IMG/VR virus record: IMGVR_UViG_3300011335_000533
Location: 1 to 37,809 of that record
DNA from: a virus
Lineage: Duplodnaviria > Caudoviricetes
DNA length: 37,809 nt
Reading direction: 5' to 3' (one strand)
Shown: positions 16,879 through 26,018 of the stretch, piece by piece
Layout: each line of letters opens with the position of its first letter
Position numbering within the stretch: the stretch's first letter is position 1
Translations under genes and position numbers: made by a program
Notes under the pieces: model-generated
The model's input: the letters and a program-made list of their open reading frames with translations, nothing else
Told to the model about the DNA's origin: nothing
Database searches by the model: none

Positions 16879-18699
16879 ATGTTTCCTGAGGTACCTAAAA
16901 GTGAAATTATTTCGCTCGATTATGAGACTACTGGTCTTAGCTATTGGGATCCCGATTTTCGTGTTTTTGGTATCGGTGTGGCTACTAGTGATCATTCTTG
17001 GTATTGGGATATCCGTCACACGCATAATGTTGTCGAGTGGTTACGAGAGACTATTCGGGGACGTACAGTTGTCGCCCAAAACGCCCAGTACGAGTTTCAA
17101 TGCTCCCGAGTTCTTGGAGCGGACCCCCGATTGACCAGTTGGTATTGCACAATGGTGGCCGAATGCCTTATTAACGAGCATCACCTTACCTATGATCTGG
17201 TCAGCATTGCTGGATACCGGGGTATCGAGAGTCAAAAGACCCAGATACTGGAGGAGATACGTACCGTGATGGGGTGGCGAGATATACGGGAGGTACTCTC
17301 CCGCCTCTCTGATGTCCCCCCCGCTATGGTAGCTCGATATGGTGCCTCCGACGCCTCCGACGCGCTCCTGATTTATCATGCCCAACAGAAAGAAATCATT
17401 AAACAAGACCTGCACCGGGTGCTTGACTTGGAAATGCGATTGCTCCCTGTCCTGGCTGATATGTCTTGGACCGGGGTCCGGGTTGATCTGGAAGCTGCGC
17501 ATGCTGCGATTCCCCTATTAGATATCAAGCAAGAGGCACTACAAAATGAGATTCAAATTATCACTGGTGGCGAATTTAATGTTAACTCCTCGCCACAGGT
17601 TCGTGCATTCTTCAAACCAGAGCCGATTTCGAAGTTCCAATGGCGGCTCATTGATGGAACGCTCGTTGGTCCGACGAAGGGAGGCAAAGGTCCAAGTCTT
17701 GACCAGAACGTCATGCGGGAAATTAAACACCCACTCGCTGAGAAGATACTGGCTCTTCGTAAGACAATCAAGTTACGGGATACCTTCATCCGTGGCCACG
17801 TTATCGGAAGTGCTGATGGGGATGGGTACGTACATACCCAGTTCAATCAGACCCGTAACGACGCTGATGCCGGGACGGTTACTGGACGCTTATCCTCTAC
17901 GGACCCGGCTCTACAACAGATCACGAAACGCGATAAAGCTAATGCTGCCATCCTCCGAGCTATGTTCCTCCCTGACGTTGGAGATGAGTGGCTCTGTGCC
18001 GATTACTCGCAAGTAGACTTCCGGTGTGCTGCTCATCTGATTAATGACCAGAGCGTCATCGATATGTATGAATTAGACCCAAGCTTAGATTATCACCAGA
18101 TCGTATCTGATATGACCGGGATCCCCCGCAATGCGACATACGCAGGTGCACCGAATACGAAGCAGATCAATCTAGGACTTGCATTTGGAGCGGGACCTGG
18201 GAAGCTAGCTTTCATGATGGGGATGCCCTACGATATCAAGGAGAGCCGGGGCAAGATGCAGTACGTACCGGGACAATCGGCGACTGATGTGTTCAATCTT
18301 TATCATAAAAAGCTTCCTGGAGTGAAAGAATTCATGAAAAAGGCGGAAGCCATAGCTAAAGAAACCGGGTATGTTCGGACTGCTATCGGACGTCGATTGA
18401 GATTCCCCGTAGGCGCTCATAAGGCAGCTGGATTGCTTTACCAATCCTATGCTGCTGATTTACATAAGATCGGTCTAGTAGAGGTCGACACTTTGATCCG
18501 CTCCGAGCAACTCCCGGCGAGACTCCTGATGTCGTGTCACGACGAGATCGGAGTAAGCATGAAACAAAACGAGAAGGTCAAAAACCAGATCGTCAAACAC
18601 TACACGAACTTTAATGGTGAAGATTCCGTGGTCCAGATGCGGGTTCCAATTACTGCGTCTGGAGATTTTGGTCCTAATTGGTATGAAGCGAGTAAATGA
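16879..18699 (+). CDS. dpoZ: Family A DNA polymerase with 3'-5' exonuclease, DpoZ-like
   Basis: DYETTG (ExoI), TGRLSS, DYSQVDFR (A), KQINLGLAFG (B), KAAGLLYQS, CHDE (C); adjacent to purZ; start moved past the terminator. Confidence 0.85.
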   Translation: MFPEVPKSEIISLDYETTGLSYWDPDFRVFGIGVATSDHSWYWDIRHTHNVVEWLRETIRGRTVVAQNAQYEFQCSRVLGADPRLTSWYCTMVAECLINEHHLTYDLVSIAGYRGIESQKTQILEEIRTVMGWRDIREVLSRLSDVPPAMVARYGASDASDALLIYHAQQKEIIKQDLHRVLDLEMRLLPVLADMSWTGVRVDLEAAHAAIPLLDIKQEALQNEIQIITGGEFNVNSSPQVRAFFKPEPISKFQWRLIDGTLVGPTKGGKGPSLDQNVMREIKHPLAEKILALRKTIKLRDTFIRGHVIGSADGDGYVHTQFNQTRNDADAGTVTGRLSSTDPALQQITKRDKANAAILRAMFLPDVGDEWLCADYSQVDFRCAAHLINDQSVIDMYELDPSLDYHQIVSDMTGIPRNATYAGAPNTKQINLGLAFGAGPGKLAFMMGMPYDIKESRGKMQYVPGQSATDVFNLYHKKLPGVKEFMKKAEAIAKETGYVRTAIGRRLRFPVGAHKAAGLLYQSYAADLHKIGLVEVDTLIRSEQLPARLLMSCHDEIGVSMKQNEKVKNQIVKHYTNFNGEDSVVQMRVPITASGDFGPNWYEASK

Positions 18700-18700
18700 A

Positions 18701-19777
18701 ATGGCACATACGATAGATATGGTTATGGATTTTCAGTACGGGTCTACTGGTAAAGGTTTAATCGCCGGGTATCTAGCTAAACGTGGCGATTACGACACCT
18801 CGGTCTGCTCTTTTGCAGTCAACGCTGGACACACTTACATCGACAAGTCTCGTGGCATCCATCTGATGACGCAGCAAATTCCCACCGGTGCATTGTCCTC
18901 CCCTACGGTTCGGCAAGTGTTGATCGGACCCGGCTCCTTGATTCATGCTCCGACGCTGTTGGACGAGATCAAGAAATACGGACACCTCCTCAAAGATAAA
19001 CGAATCCTGATTCATCCGAACGCTGCTGTGATTGAAGAATACCACACGGAACAGGAAATCGAATGGGGTATGGCCAAGATCGGATCTACCGTTCACGGTG
19101 TCGGCGCGGCGGCTATAGAGCGCATCAAACGCAACCCGGTTAATCCTAATATCGCTGGGATCCGTTGGGTCGGCACTGAATTGGAGCAATACGTAGCTAC
19201 TCCCGAACAATACCGCTTAGCTCTCAACCGGGCTGAGAATATTCTGATAGAAGGAGCACAGGGGTTCAGCCTCTCTATGTACCATGGTCAATACCCATAT
19301 ACCACCTCCCGTGATGTCACACCTTGGCAGATCGCTGCTGACTGTGGACTTCCTTTTCGATGGGCAAGTTATATCAAAGTTATCGGTTCCATGCGTTGCT
19401 TTCCTATCCGGGTCAACAATCGAACTGGAAGTAGTGGACCTTGCTATCCTGACCAAGAAGAAATCAGCTTTGATGACCTTGGAGTTGAGCCAGAATTTAC
19501 TACAGTTACTAAACTCAAGCGTCGCATCTTTACCTTCAGCCAACAGCAAGCAATGGAAGCAGCTTTCCATTGCGGTGGCTATTGGGATACCCGAGTCTTC
19601 TTGAATTTCGCTAACTACACCGACGGAACTGCTGAACTGTTGGAAATCATCGATAAAGTGGAATCTTTCTCGGACATTAATGGTAATCCACCCGATGTTG
19701 CGTGGATCGGGTTTGGTCCGGATGATGGGGATGTCGATACGATGGAGGAATATAATAATGAATCAGCTGGAGCTTGA
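18701..19777 (+). CDS. purZ: 2-amino-deoxyadenylosuccinate synthetase PurZ
   Basis: PurA fold motifs (NAGHT, EGAQG, YPYTTSRD, TTVT) with QYGSTGKG in place of QWGDEGKG and LNFANY in place of TKLD; start at ATG 18701. Confidence 0.95.
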   Translation: MAHTIDMVMDFQYGSTGKGLIAGYLAKRGDYDTSVCSFAVNAGHTYIDKSRGIHLMTQQIPTGALSSPTVRQVLIGPGSLIHAPTLLDEIKKYGHLLKDKRILIHPNAAVIEEYHTEQEIEWGMAKIGSTVHGVGAAAIERIKRNPVNPNIAGIRWVGTELEQYVATPEQYRLALNRAENILIEGAQGFSLSMYHGQYPYTTSRDVTPWQIAADCGLPFRWASYIKVIGSMRCFPIRVNNRTGSSGPCYPDQEEISFDDLGVEPEFTTVTKLKRRIFTFSQQQAMEAAFHCGGYWDTRVFLNFANYTDGTAELLEIIDKVESFSDINGNPPDVAWIGFGPDDGDVDTMEEYNNESAGA

Positions 19778-20120
19778 CCTCATGATCACCGATACAATAG
19801 ATCCTGGATTTAACCCCGATTGGTCTAACGACTTTAATACTCATGTGGGGGAGTTGACTGAGCAGGTTTTTGAATGGGCCGAAGCCACTTTCCCGAATCG
19901 CAACGATGCCAGTATGTATCTCAAGATGTACGGTGAAATCGCCGAGATGATTGAGTCGGACGGGGACGCTGACGAGATTGCCGATATGTTTATTCTACTA
20001 CTAGATTATGCAAAACGTAAGAAGGTGGACGTAGCTACAATAGTCCTGCGGAAACTCAATCTGAATCGGACTCGGACATGGGTGACCGACAAGAACGGCG
20101 TAAATAGTCATGTTAGATAA
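19758..20120 (+). CDS. mazZ: MazG-like (d)NTP pyrophosphohydrolase (MazZ/DUF550 type)
   Basis: WAEATFP, EIAE...DEIAD, KLNLNRTRTW; between purZ and datZ; GGAGG RBS before ATG 19758. Confidence 0.85.
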   Translation: MNQLELDLMITDTIDPGFNPDWSNDFNTHVGELTEQVFEWAEATFPNRNDASMYLKMYGEIAEMIESDGDADEIADMFILLLDYAKRKKVDVATIVLRKLNLNRTRTWVTDKNGVNSHVR

Positions 20121-20664
20121 ATTCCTGGCTTACGAGCCAAAACGACATGCACTGGAATCGGTAATGCGAATTCAGGCTGTGAAGCGTTGGCATATGATTG
20201 ATACTACCCGGACCCAAAATCTGGCTGAACATTCGGCGAATGTGGCCATGCTTGCGATGCTTATCGCATCAACGTCTTCTGGTGAATTTTTCGATACCTA
20301 TACTTATGTGGGTGCTGTAGCTTTAGTGCACGATCTTCCGGAGGCATTTACCGGCGATATCCCGTCCCATACGAAGAAAATGCTAAATGGAGTCGATGCC
20401 TTAGAAAGACTGGTCACACCTCATCATTTTGTATTGGAGGCTCGTACCAGCACGATGATATTGATCAAGATGTGTGATATCGCGGACGGAATTCGATTCA
20501 TCCGTCTACATGGGGTTGATATGACTGCGGCTCACGCTCAAGAAGGGCTGGAAGAGCAGATGCAAAAAATTTATCATTCCGCCGAGCATGATTACCGCTG
20601 GCCCGAGAATGTGATCGCACATGTGAGAGATTGTCTCGTATTTTATGCATATGAACACAGCTGA
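20110..20664 (+). CDS. datZ: HD-domain dATP triphosphohydrolase DatZ
   Basis: VKRWH, QNLAEHS, HDLPEAFTGDIPS, KMCD; context. Confidence 0.88.
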   Translation: MLDKFLAYEPKRHALESVMRIQAVKRWHMIDTTRTQNLAEHSANVAMLAMLIASTSSGEFFDTYTYVGAVALVHDLPEAFTGDIPSHTKKMLNGVDALERLVTPHHFVLEARTSTMILIKMCDIADGIRFIRLHGVDMTAAHAQEGLEEQMQKIYHSAEHDYRWPENVIAHVRDCLVFYAYEHS

Positions 20665-21076
20665 GCTTAAATTTCGACATTTTCTTGGACCGGCAATGGC
20701 TGAGCACTGGATGATTACGTGGCATGAGGACCGGCATATCAGTCCCGGAGTCCCGGACCTACATTATGTGATCGATGCGGATTGCCGGGTTGGGTGGCTG
20801 GAGCTTAAGGCTATCGAGGTTGAACTCTCCAGAACTCACCGAGTTAAGGTCGAGCCTTCTCAACATCAATATATCCGACGTTGGCGTGATCTTATGCCGA
20901 TTCATTTTCTGATTCGAGTCAAAAGAATAGTATATTTGGTGGATGGTGAACATCATGCTGCTCTTCCCGAGATTCACAACGCTCACGACATGCGGTTAAT
21001 ATGTGCGGCCACGTGCGATCAAGCAGAGATTGCAAAAGTGTTAACCCCTGCGCTCAAAACATTGACGAGGTATTAA
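20651..21076 (+). CDS. PD-(D/E)xK nuclease, VRR-NUC/resolvase-like
   Basis: GVPDL...WLELK...PSQ; start at 20645 or 20651. Confidence 0.75.
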   Translation: MNTAELKFRHFLGPAMAEHWMITWHEDRHISPGVPDLHYVIDADCRVGWLELKAIEVELSRTHRVKVEPSQHQYIRRWRDLMPIHFLIRVKRIVYLVDGEHHAALPEIHNAHDMRLICAATCDQAEIAKVLTPALKTLTRY

Positions 21077-21077
21077 C

Positions 21078-23648
21078 GTGAACCAATTCAAAGAATATGA
21101 AGAGACAAAACCAGCGATCATCATTAAGGCGACGCTCGATCTACTGCATGTACCGGGAGATGTATTCGAAGTACGAATCCCCAAGACGAAAGCGGGGACT
21201 ATCAGCGGTTATTTCAATGATACCGGGCTTGCTGCTGCTCTGATTGCTAAAGAGAATGGGAAGCACCAATCGATTTACATGACTGTGAATCCGATCCAAC
21301 CGGCATTGATGGCTCGGAGCGAGAATACCTTAACTTACGGCTCATTCATGACGTCTTCGGATGCTGATGTGCTGCGCCGCCGTTGGTTCTTACTTGACTT
21401 CGATGCTGTTCGTCCTGCTGGGATCTCCTCCTCTAAATCGGAGTATGAAGCCGCCTACAAGAAGGCAGATGATGTAGTTGAATGGCTAACTTCGATCGGA
21501 TGGCCAGAACCGATCCGGGCGGATAGTGGCAACGGGTGTCACGTGATGTACCGAGTCGATGAGCCGAACGACGATCCCGCCCGAGTGGATTTCGAATATG
21601 CTTTGAAAATGCTATCTTCCATTTTCTCAGATGATGCAGTTAAAGTCGATGTCACTGTTTTTAATTCAAGCCGGGTCTGGAAGATTTACGGTACAATTAG
21701 TGCTAAGGGATCCCACACGGCTGATCGCCCCCACCGGGTCGCCATGCTGACACGGGTTCCTAAGAAGTTAAAGCTCCTGACCCGCGACCAGATCGAGAAC
21801 GTAGCGAGGCCACTTCGGGACGCTAAGTCAGATGAATTCCGGGACATGACCGGTGAATATATCTCCGATATGGTGAAGTGGTTGACTGATCGCAATCAGA
21901 CGATCATGAGCGGACCGCGCCCTATGTTCGGCAATGAGGGCCAAAAATGGATTATCTCGAAATGTCCATTCAATGAAACCCACTCTGACCCCATGGTGGG
22001 CTTGGTTAGCAATCGGCCCGTGTATCGGTGTCTTCACGATTCTTGCTCGGCTTTTCGCTGGAAAGAATTTCGTGAGAAGATTGACCCGACTTACAAGAGT
22101 CCGGAGACGATTTACGATCGGTTGAAAGATTGGTGTGATGGCCCATCTGCAGAGATGGATGCAGAACTAGTTCAATCAGCTTGCTCTACCGGTAAGCAGC
22201 TGATTCAAATCTTAAAGAAGCTCCGCAAAGAATGCGCCCGACCCCGTATTTTGCTATTGGAAGACTTGATCAAGTCTGAACGAAAACGGTTTCAACGAGA
22301 GACAATCGGGGAAAATAATGAGCGTGGTAATATCGTAGGCGTTATTAATCGCGCTCGTCTAATGCAGGACGAGGGTATTATACCAATGTACTGGATCGCG
22401 GACTATGACCATCGAATAAGAGTGGGTAAGATTGGGGATATTGACTGCCCAAAGTGCAGCGAGGAAGAAGAAATAAACATGATGGTTCGGTTCCACTCAG
22501 CCGGGGAATCGTGGGTGAAGCAGATGCATACAAGTCAAGTAATCAAGTATCTAGCCAGTGAATACCGCGTCAACCCTCTCCGTATCAGTTTAAAGCAGCT
22601 AGTCTGGGATGGTACTACGCGAATCAATACATGGCTTTCGGACTACATGGGAACCAAAGATACCGAATACACTCAAGCTATTGGCCGTAAATGGCTTATC
22701 AGTGCTGTAGCACGTGCCATGGAACCCGGATGCCAAGCCGACCATATGCTGATATTTGAGGGTACACAGGGTATAGGTAAATCTCAGGCATTACGTATTC
22801 TCGGTGGACAATTCTACACCGAATATTCAGGTGGTATGACGGGAGGCGGAACGTCTCATAAAGATATGGTGGCGGTGATAGCTGGAAAAATGATCGTGGA
22901 AATGTCGGAACTCGCGACCGTTCGCAGGGCTGATATGGAGGCTCTTAAAGCTATTCTGACTACTACTGTTGATGATGTCCGCCTTTCTTATGAGCGCGAC
23001 CCGAAGGCTTACCCTCGTACTTGCGTATTCGCCGGTACTACTAACGAGGTAGGTCAGGCGTATATCTCCGATTTGACGGGTGCCCGTCGCTTTTGGCCTA
23101 CCCATGTGGGTGAGTGTGGGCCAGTACGGACAGTGCAACTGAAAGAGGTACGTGAACAGATATGGGCTGAGGCAGTCTACGCTTACGAATCTGGGGAAGA
23201 TTGGCATAAAGTCCCACAGGAATTAGTGAGTGAAGAGCAGGGGGATCGGCAGATCAGTATTGAGAATGTAGAGCCATGGTTCCAGAAAATCCGAGACGCA
23301 CTAACCGATCCGGATAGCTATGCGAACGAAATTTTCTTTATTGTCCCCCGTTACGAATTCGGTCAGCCGATGCCCGGTTTTAATGTACGATCAGGACCGT
23401 TACATTTGCTGCTCGGAATCGTACTGCAAATTGATACCGCGAGACAGAGCCAGAATGATATATTACGGGTCCAGAAGGTACTTCGGGGACTTGGATTCAA
23501 GAAGACCCGGCCCTCAGGAAAATGGCATGGCTCTACTTATGCGTACGACCTAGCGCAGGAGACAGTACCGCACCTATGGTCATCAATCAGTGCCGCACGT
23601 AGTGCGTCTAAGTTCCCTAAACCTATCGAAGAGGAGAATAATGGATAA
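21078..23648 (+). CDS. AEP-type primase fused to Zn-binding domain and VirE/VapE-type helicase
   Basis: LLDFD and DSGNGCH (AEP), CPFNETH...CLHDSC, GTQGIGKS (Walker A), VEMSE, FAGTTN, TGARRFWP. Confidence 0.85.
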   Translation: MNQFKEYEETKPAIIIKATLDLLHVPGDVFEVRIPKTKAGTISGYFNDTGLAAALIAKENGKHQSIYMTVNPIQPALMARSENTLTYGSFMTSSDADVLRRRWFLLDFDAVRPAGISSSKSEYEAAYKKADDVVEWLTSIGWPEPIRADSGNGCHVMYRVDEPNDDPARVDFEYALKMLSSIFSDDAVKVDVTVFNSSRVWKIYGTISAKGSHTADRPHRVAMLTRVPKKLKLLTRDQIENVARPLRDAKSDEFRDMTGEYISDMVKWLTDRNQTIMSGPRPMFGNEGQKWIISKCPFNETHSDPMVGLVSNRPVYRCLHDSCSAFRWKEFREKIDPTYKSPETIYDRLKDWCDGPSAEMDAELVQSACSTGKQLIQILKKLRKECARPRILLLEDLIKSERKRFQRETIGENNERGNIVGVINRARLMQDEGIIPMYWIADYDHRIRVGKIGDIDCPKCSEEEEINMMVRFHSAGESWVKQMHTSQVIKYLASEYRVNPLRISLKQLVWDGTTRINTWLSDYMGTKDTEYTQAIGRKWLISAVARAMEPGCQADHMLIFEGTQGIGKSQALRILGGQFYTEYSGGMTGGGTSHKDMVAVIAGKMIVEMSELATVRRADMEALKAILTTTVDDVRLSYERDPKAYPRTCVFAGTTNEVGQAYISDLTGARRFWPTHVGECGPVRTVQLKEVREQIWAEAVYAYESGEDWHKVPQELVSEEQGDRQISIENVEPWFQKIRDALTDPDSYANEIFFIVPRYEFGQPMPGFNVRSGPLHLLLGIVLQIDTARQSQNDILRVQKVLRGLGFKKTRPSGKWHGSTYAYDLAQETVPHLWSSISAARSASKFPKPIEEENNG

Positions 23649-23736
23649 TTGGCCCTTTCCCACTGAGTTGCCACCAGCGCAGCCAAGCAAACCAATCCCG
23701 TTCAATCCCGAGAATTACGAGGACGCGCCATGGTAA
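23641..23736 (+). CDS. Small Pro-rich protein (MDNWPFPTELPPAQPSKPIPFNPENYEDAPW)
   Basis: GAGGAG RBS; bridges primase and next ORF. Confidence 0.6.
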   Translation: MDNWPFPTELPPAQPSKPIPFNPENYEDAPW

Positions 23737-23987
23737 GTTCACTCCAAACTCGAATTCGTGCTGTTCTTAATCGGGAACCAGACGGGTTGACTACATACCA
23801 GCTAGTACTTGCAGTACATTCATGCCCAGAGAGCGTTCGCAAAGCATTAGCTCGAATGGGAGATGCATACGTTGACCGCTGGGTCAAAGAAGGCACACGC
23901 TATTATCAAGTTCACTGCTTGGCTTTTGTGCCTGAGGATTGCCCACATCCGACTATACAAAGGGCCGAGTCCCTAACTTGTCAATGA
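23730..23987 (+). CDS. Small HTH-like hypothetical protein
   Basis: IRAVLNREPDGLT...SVRKAL...YVDRW...PEDCPHP. Confidence 0.6.
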   Translation: MVSSLQTRIRAVLNREPDGLTTYQLVLAVHSCPESVRKALARMGDAYVDRWVKEGTRYYQVHCLAFVPEDCPHPTIQRAESLTCQ

Positions 23988-24357
23988 TGAGTGCCTGACG
24001 CCGAGGTTTGTCAGCAATGCTGATGTGCGTCCAGGCGTCATACTCTCTAATGATCTGGTCAAAGGGCAACTTGAGCAATGCCCTCACCACAGCGTCTGGC
24101 GTCATCCCAGGCACTCGGAAATCACAGGCTAGTCCTTGCCTATGCTGGCTGGTGTCCTTGCTGCCCACAGCGTCATTGACGGCCTTGCTGCGGAAGGCGC
24201 TGTTAATCATTATTGGCTTGCCGCCAAGCGTAGTCTTGACGGTCTCCAGAAACTCAGCCAGCCGCTTTAAATTCGCCAGTTCGCCGGGGTTTGGCGTGTT
24301 GTCCAGCAGCCGGTGGTCAGTGTGCGTCAACTCGGCAAGGCTGAAATGCGGGGTCAC
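23953..24357 (-). CDS. Endolysin, peptidase M15A-like
   Basis: HFSLAEL, INSAFR, SQHRQGLACD, WTHIS. Confidence 0.9.
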   Translation of the reverse strand: MTPHFSLAELTHTDHRLLDNTPNPGELANLKRLAEFLETVKTTLGGKPIMINSAFRSKAVNDAVGSKDTSQHRQGLACDFRVPGMTPDAVVRALLKLPFDQIIREYDAWTHISIADKPRRQALIIDKLGTRPFV

Positions 24358-24740
24358 TTGGATGCTACGCCTTGGGTCTTCTCAAACGTCCGCAGACCGC
24401 CCAGGCCAAGCATCCCCATCATCAGTTGCCACAAGTTGTCGTCCAAGCCGGGAAAGGCCAGCGCAGGCATGAAGGCAACCATCAGCGGTCGAGCCAGATA
24501 TTGGTAGCCCATTGCCAAGGCGCAGACCCAACCGATTGCTGGACGCCAGCCACTGACGAATACGGACGGGTTACTGGCCTCGGCCTTGTTGATCTCGGTC
24601 TGGGCGGTCATTGCCGCTAGTTCGCCCGACTGTTGCAGCTTGAGCAGTTCCAGTCGTGCAGCGTCTTGGGCAGCAGGGTTAGGGATAAGTTTGTCAATCA
24701 GCTTGCCGCCGATGCCAAGGATAGCGTCTAGTCCAATCAT
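24354..24740 (-). CDS. 3TM holin (GTA-holin-like)
   Basis: FVSGWRPAIGW, GMLGLGGLRTFEK; next to endolysin. Confidence 0.85.
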   Translation of the reverse strand: MIGLDAILGIGGKLIDKLIPNPAAQDAARLELLKLQQSGELAAMTAQTEINKAEASNPSVFVSGWRPAIGWVCALAMGYQYLARPLMVAFMPALAFPGLDDNLWQLMMGMLGLGGLRTFEKTQGVASK

Positions 24741-24961
24741 TTTGTGTCCTCATCATCATGTGATAGTTTGACGCCTGCCAGCAGACCAATAAAGCCGCCG
24801 ACAATAGTTTGAAATGCAGGGCTAATCAGCTTAAAGATTTCGCTGTTGTCTATCTTATCATCAAACAAGCCAATCATCAGCACCGCTACCATACCAAAAA
24901 CAACTATGCACAGGGTCATGCTGACCATCAGCGTCACAAAAAATGTTAGTTTGGCTTTCAT
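24737..24961 (-). CDS. Two-TM membrane protein
   Basis: Two hydrophobic segments; ATGA-coupled in lysis cluster. Confidence 0.7.
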   Translation of the reverse strand: MKAKLTFFVTLMVSMTLCIVVFGMVAVLMIGLFDDKIDNSEIFKLISPAFQTIVGGFIGLLAGVKLSHDDEDTK

Positions 24962-25101
24962 TTCTTTTTAGGTGGCGTATGCGTCAGGGGTTTGCTGGCT
25001 GGCGTGTGCTTTGCGCCCGTCATCAGGACAGTGCCAGCCTTGTGGGTGTCGCCCTTGTACGGTTTGCCGCTGGGCAGGTAGTGTGGTTTATCTTTGCTCA
25101 T
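24958..25101 (-). CDS. Small basic protein (47 aa, MSKDKPHYLPSGKPYKGDTHKAG...)
   Basis: Translated by hand; overlaps both neighbours by 4 nt. Confidence 0.65.
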   Translation of the reverse strand: MSKDKPHYLPSGKPYKGDTHKAGTVLMTGAKHTPASKPLTHTPPKKK

Positions 25102-26018
25102 CTAAATGTCCCGTTATTGATAGCATCCATCATGCGTTTGCCATACTTCTCCACCGCCGCTTTGGTGATGACGTACTCACCGCCCTGTAGCGCCCCGTAG
25201 CCATCGTCCGGCGCAGGCGCTCGTCCCATTAGGTGCTGGGCGTTGACCATGCCGCCTTGGTTGAAGGCATAGCTGCCACCATACGCATCGCCTCCATAGT
25301 TGCCGCCAGAAGTTCTACCGCCACCGCCCATTCCATCACCGTAGCCGGTCATTGCTGCTACTGCATCTGGGTTGAGCGTTGGCGTCCGAGTTTCAACCGG
25401 CGCTGGTGGCCCCAAAGACACGGAGGAACTAGGAAGAACATTATTCAAATAAGACTCAAAAAAGTTACGGTTTTGAACTGTAGGGTCGTAATTTGGATTA
25501 GGCGTCACCGTCCGAGTTTCAACTGATGCTGGCGGCCCTAGACTAACTGAGGAACTTGGAAGTACATCATTTAAGAAAGATTCAAAAAAGTTACGATTTT
25601 GAACTGTAGATGTAGGATCGTAATTTTTTTCACTTAGCTGAAACGCTTGTTGTGGTGTGTTGCTAATTGAACCGCCTTTTTCGGTCGCTTGAAAATTTTG
25701 CCTAGCCTCAGACATTTGTTGGTTTGCAAGGGCGTTCCTTGATTCTGCCGCTTTGCCCATTGCGTAGTCAGCAGCCTTAGCCAAACTAAACGCCTTGCCA
25801 ATGCCGGGAACCATTCCCAATGCGTAGCCTAACGCTGGTGGCATTTCCCGCATGGTGTCGCGGAACGCCGATCTATCTTGTGCTGGGCCTAGCCCAAGCG
25901 CATCTGGCCCAGACGGGCTGGCATACGCCCTGCCCTGACCAAAATCTTGACCACCACCCATCTGATTCTCTTGCCGCTTACGCAGCATCTCATTGAAGGC
26001 ATTAAGGTAGTAGTTCAT
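25098..26018 (-). CDS. Hypothetical virion-associated protein with internal duplication
   Basis: 306 aa; Gly-rich linker; C-terminal GGEYVITKAAVEKYG. Confidence 0.7.
   Translation of the reverse strand: MNYYLNAFNEMLRKRQENQMGGGQDFGQGRAYASPSGPDALGLGPAQDRSAFRDTMREMPPALGYALGMVPGIGKAFSLAKAADYAMGKAAESRNALANQQMSEARQNFQATEKGGSISNTPQQAFQLSEKNYDPTSTVQNRNFFESFLNDVLPSSSVSLGPPASVETRTVTPNPNYDPTVQNRNFFESYLNNVLPSSSVSLGPPAPVETRTPTLNPDAVAAMTGYGDGMGGGGRTSGGNYGGDAYGGSYAFNQGGMVNAQHLMGRAPAPDDGYGALQGGEYVITKAAVEKYGKRMMDAINNGTFR
25369..25622 (-). repeat. In-frame tandem duplication (~42-44 aa units)
   Basis: YDPT(ST)VQNRNFFES(F/Y)LN(D/N)VLPSSSVSLGPPA(S/P)VETRT twice. Confidence 0.9.

Noticed and set aside
18614-19777. 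Host-like purA auxiliary metabolic gene, or GTP-using PurZ0
   Set aside because: GSTGKG and NFANY motifs plus mazZ/datZ context point to ATP-type PurZ; upstream extension to 18614 overlaps the polymerase
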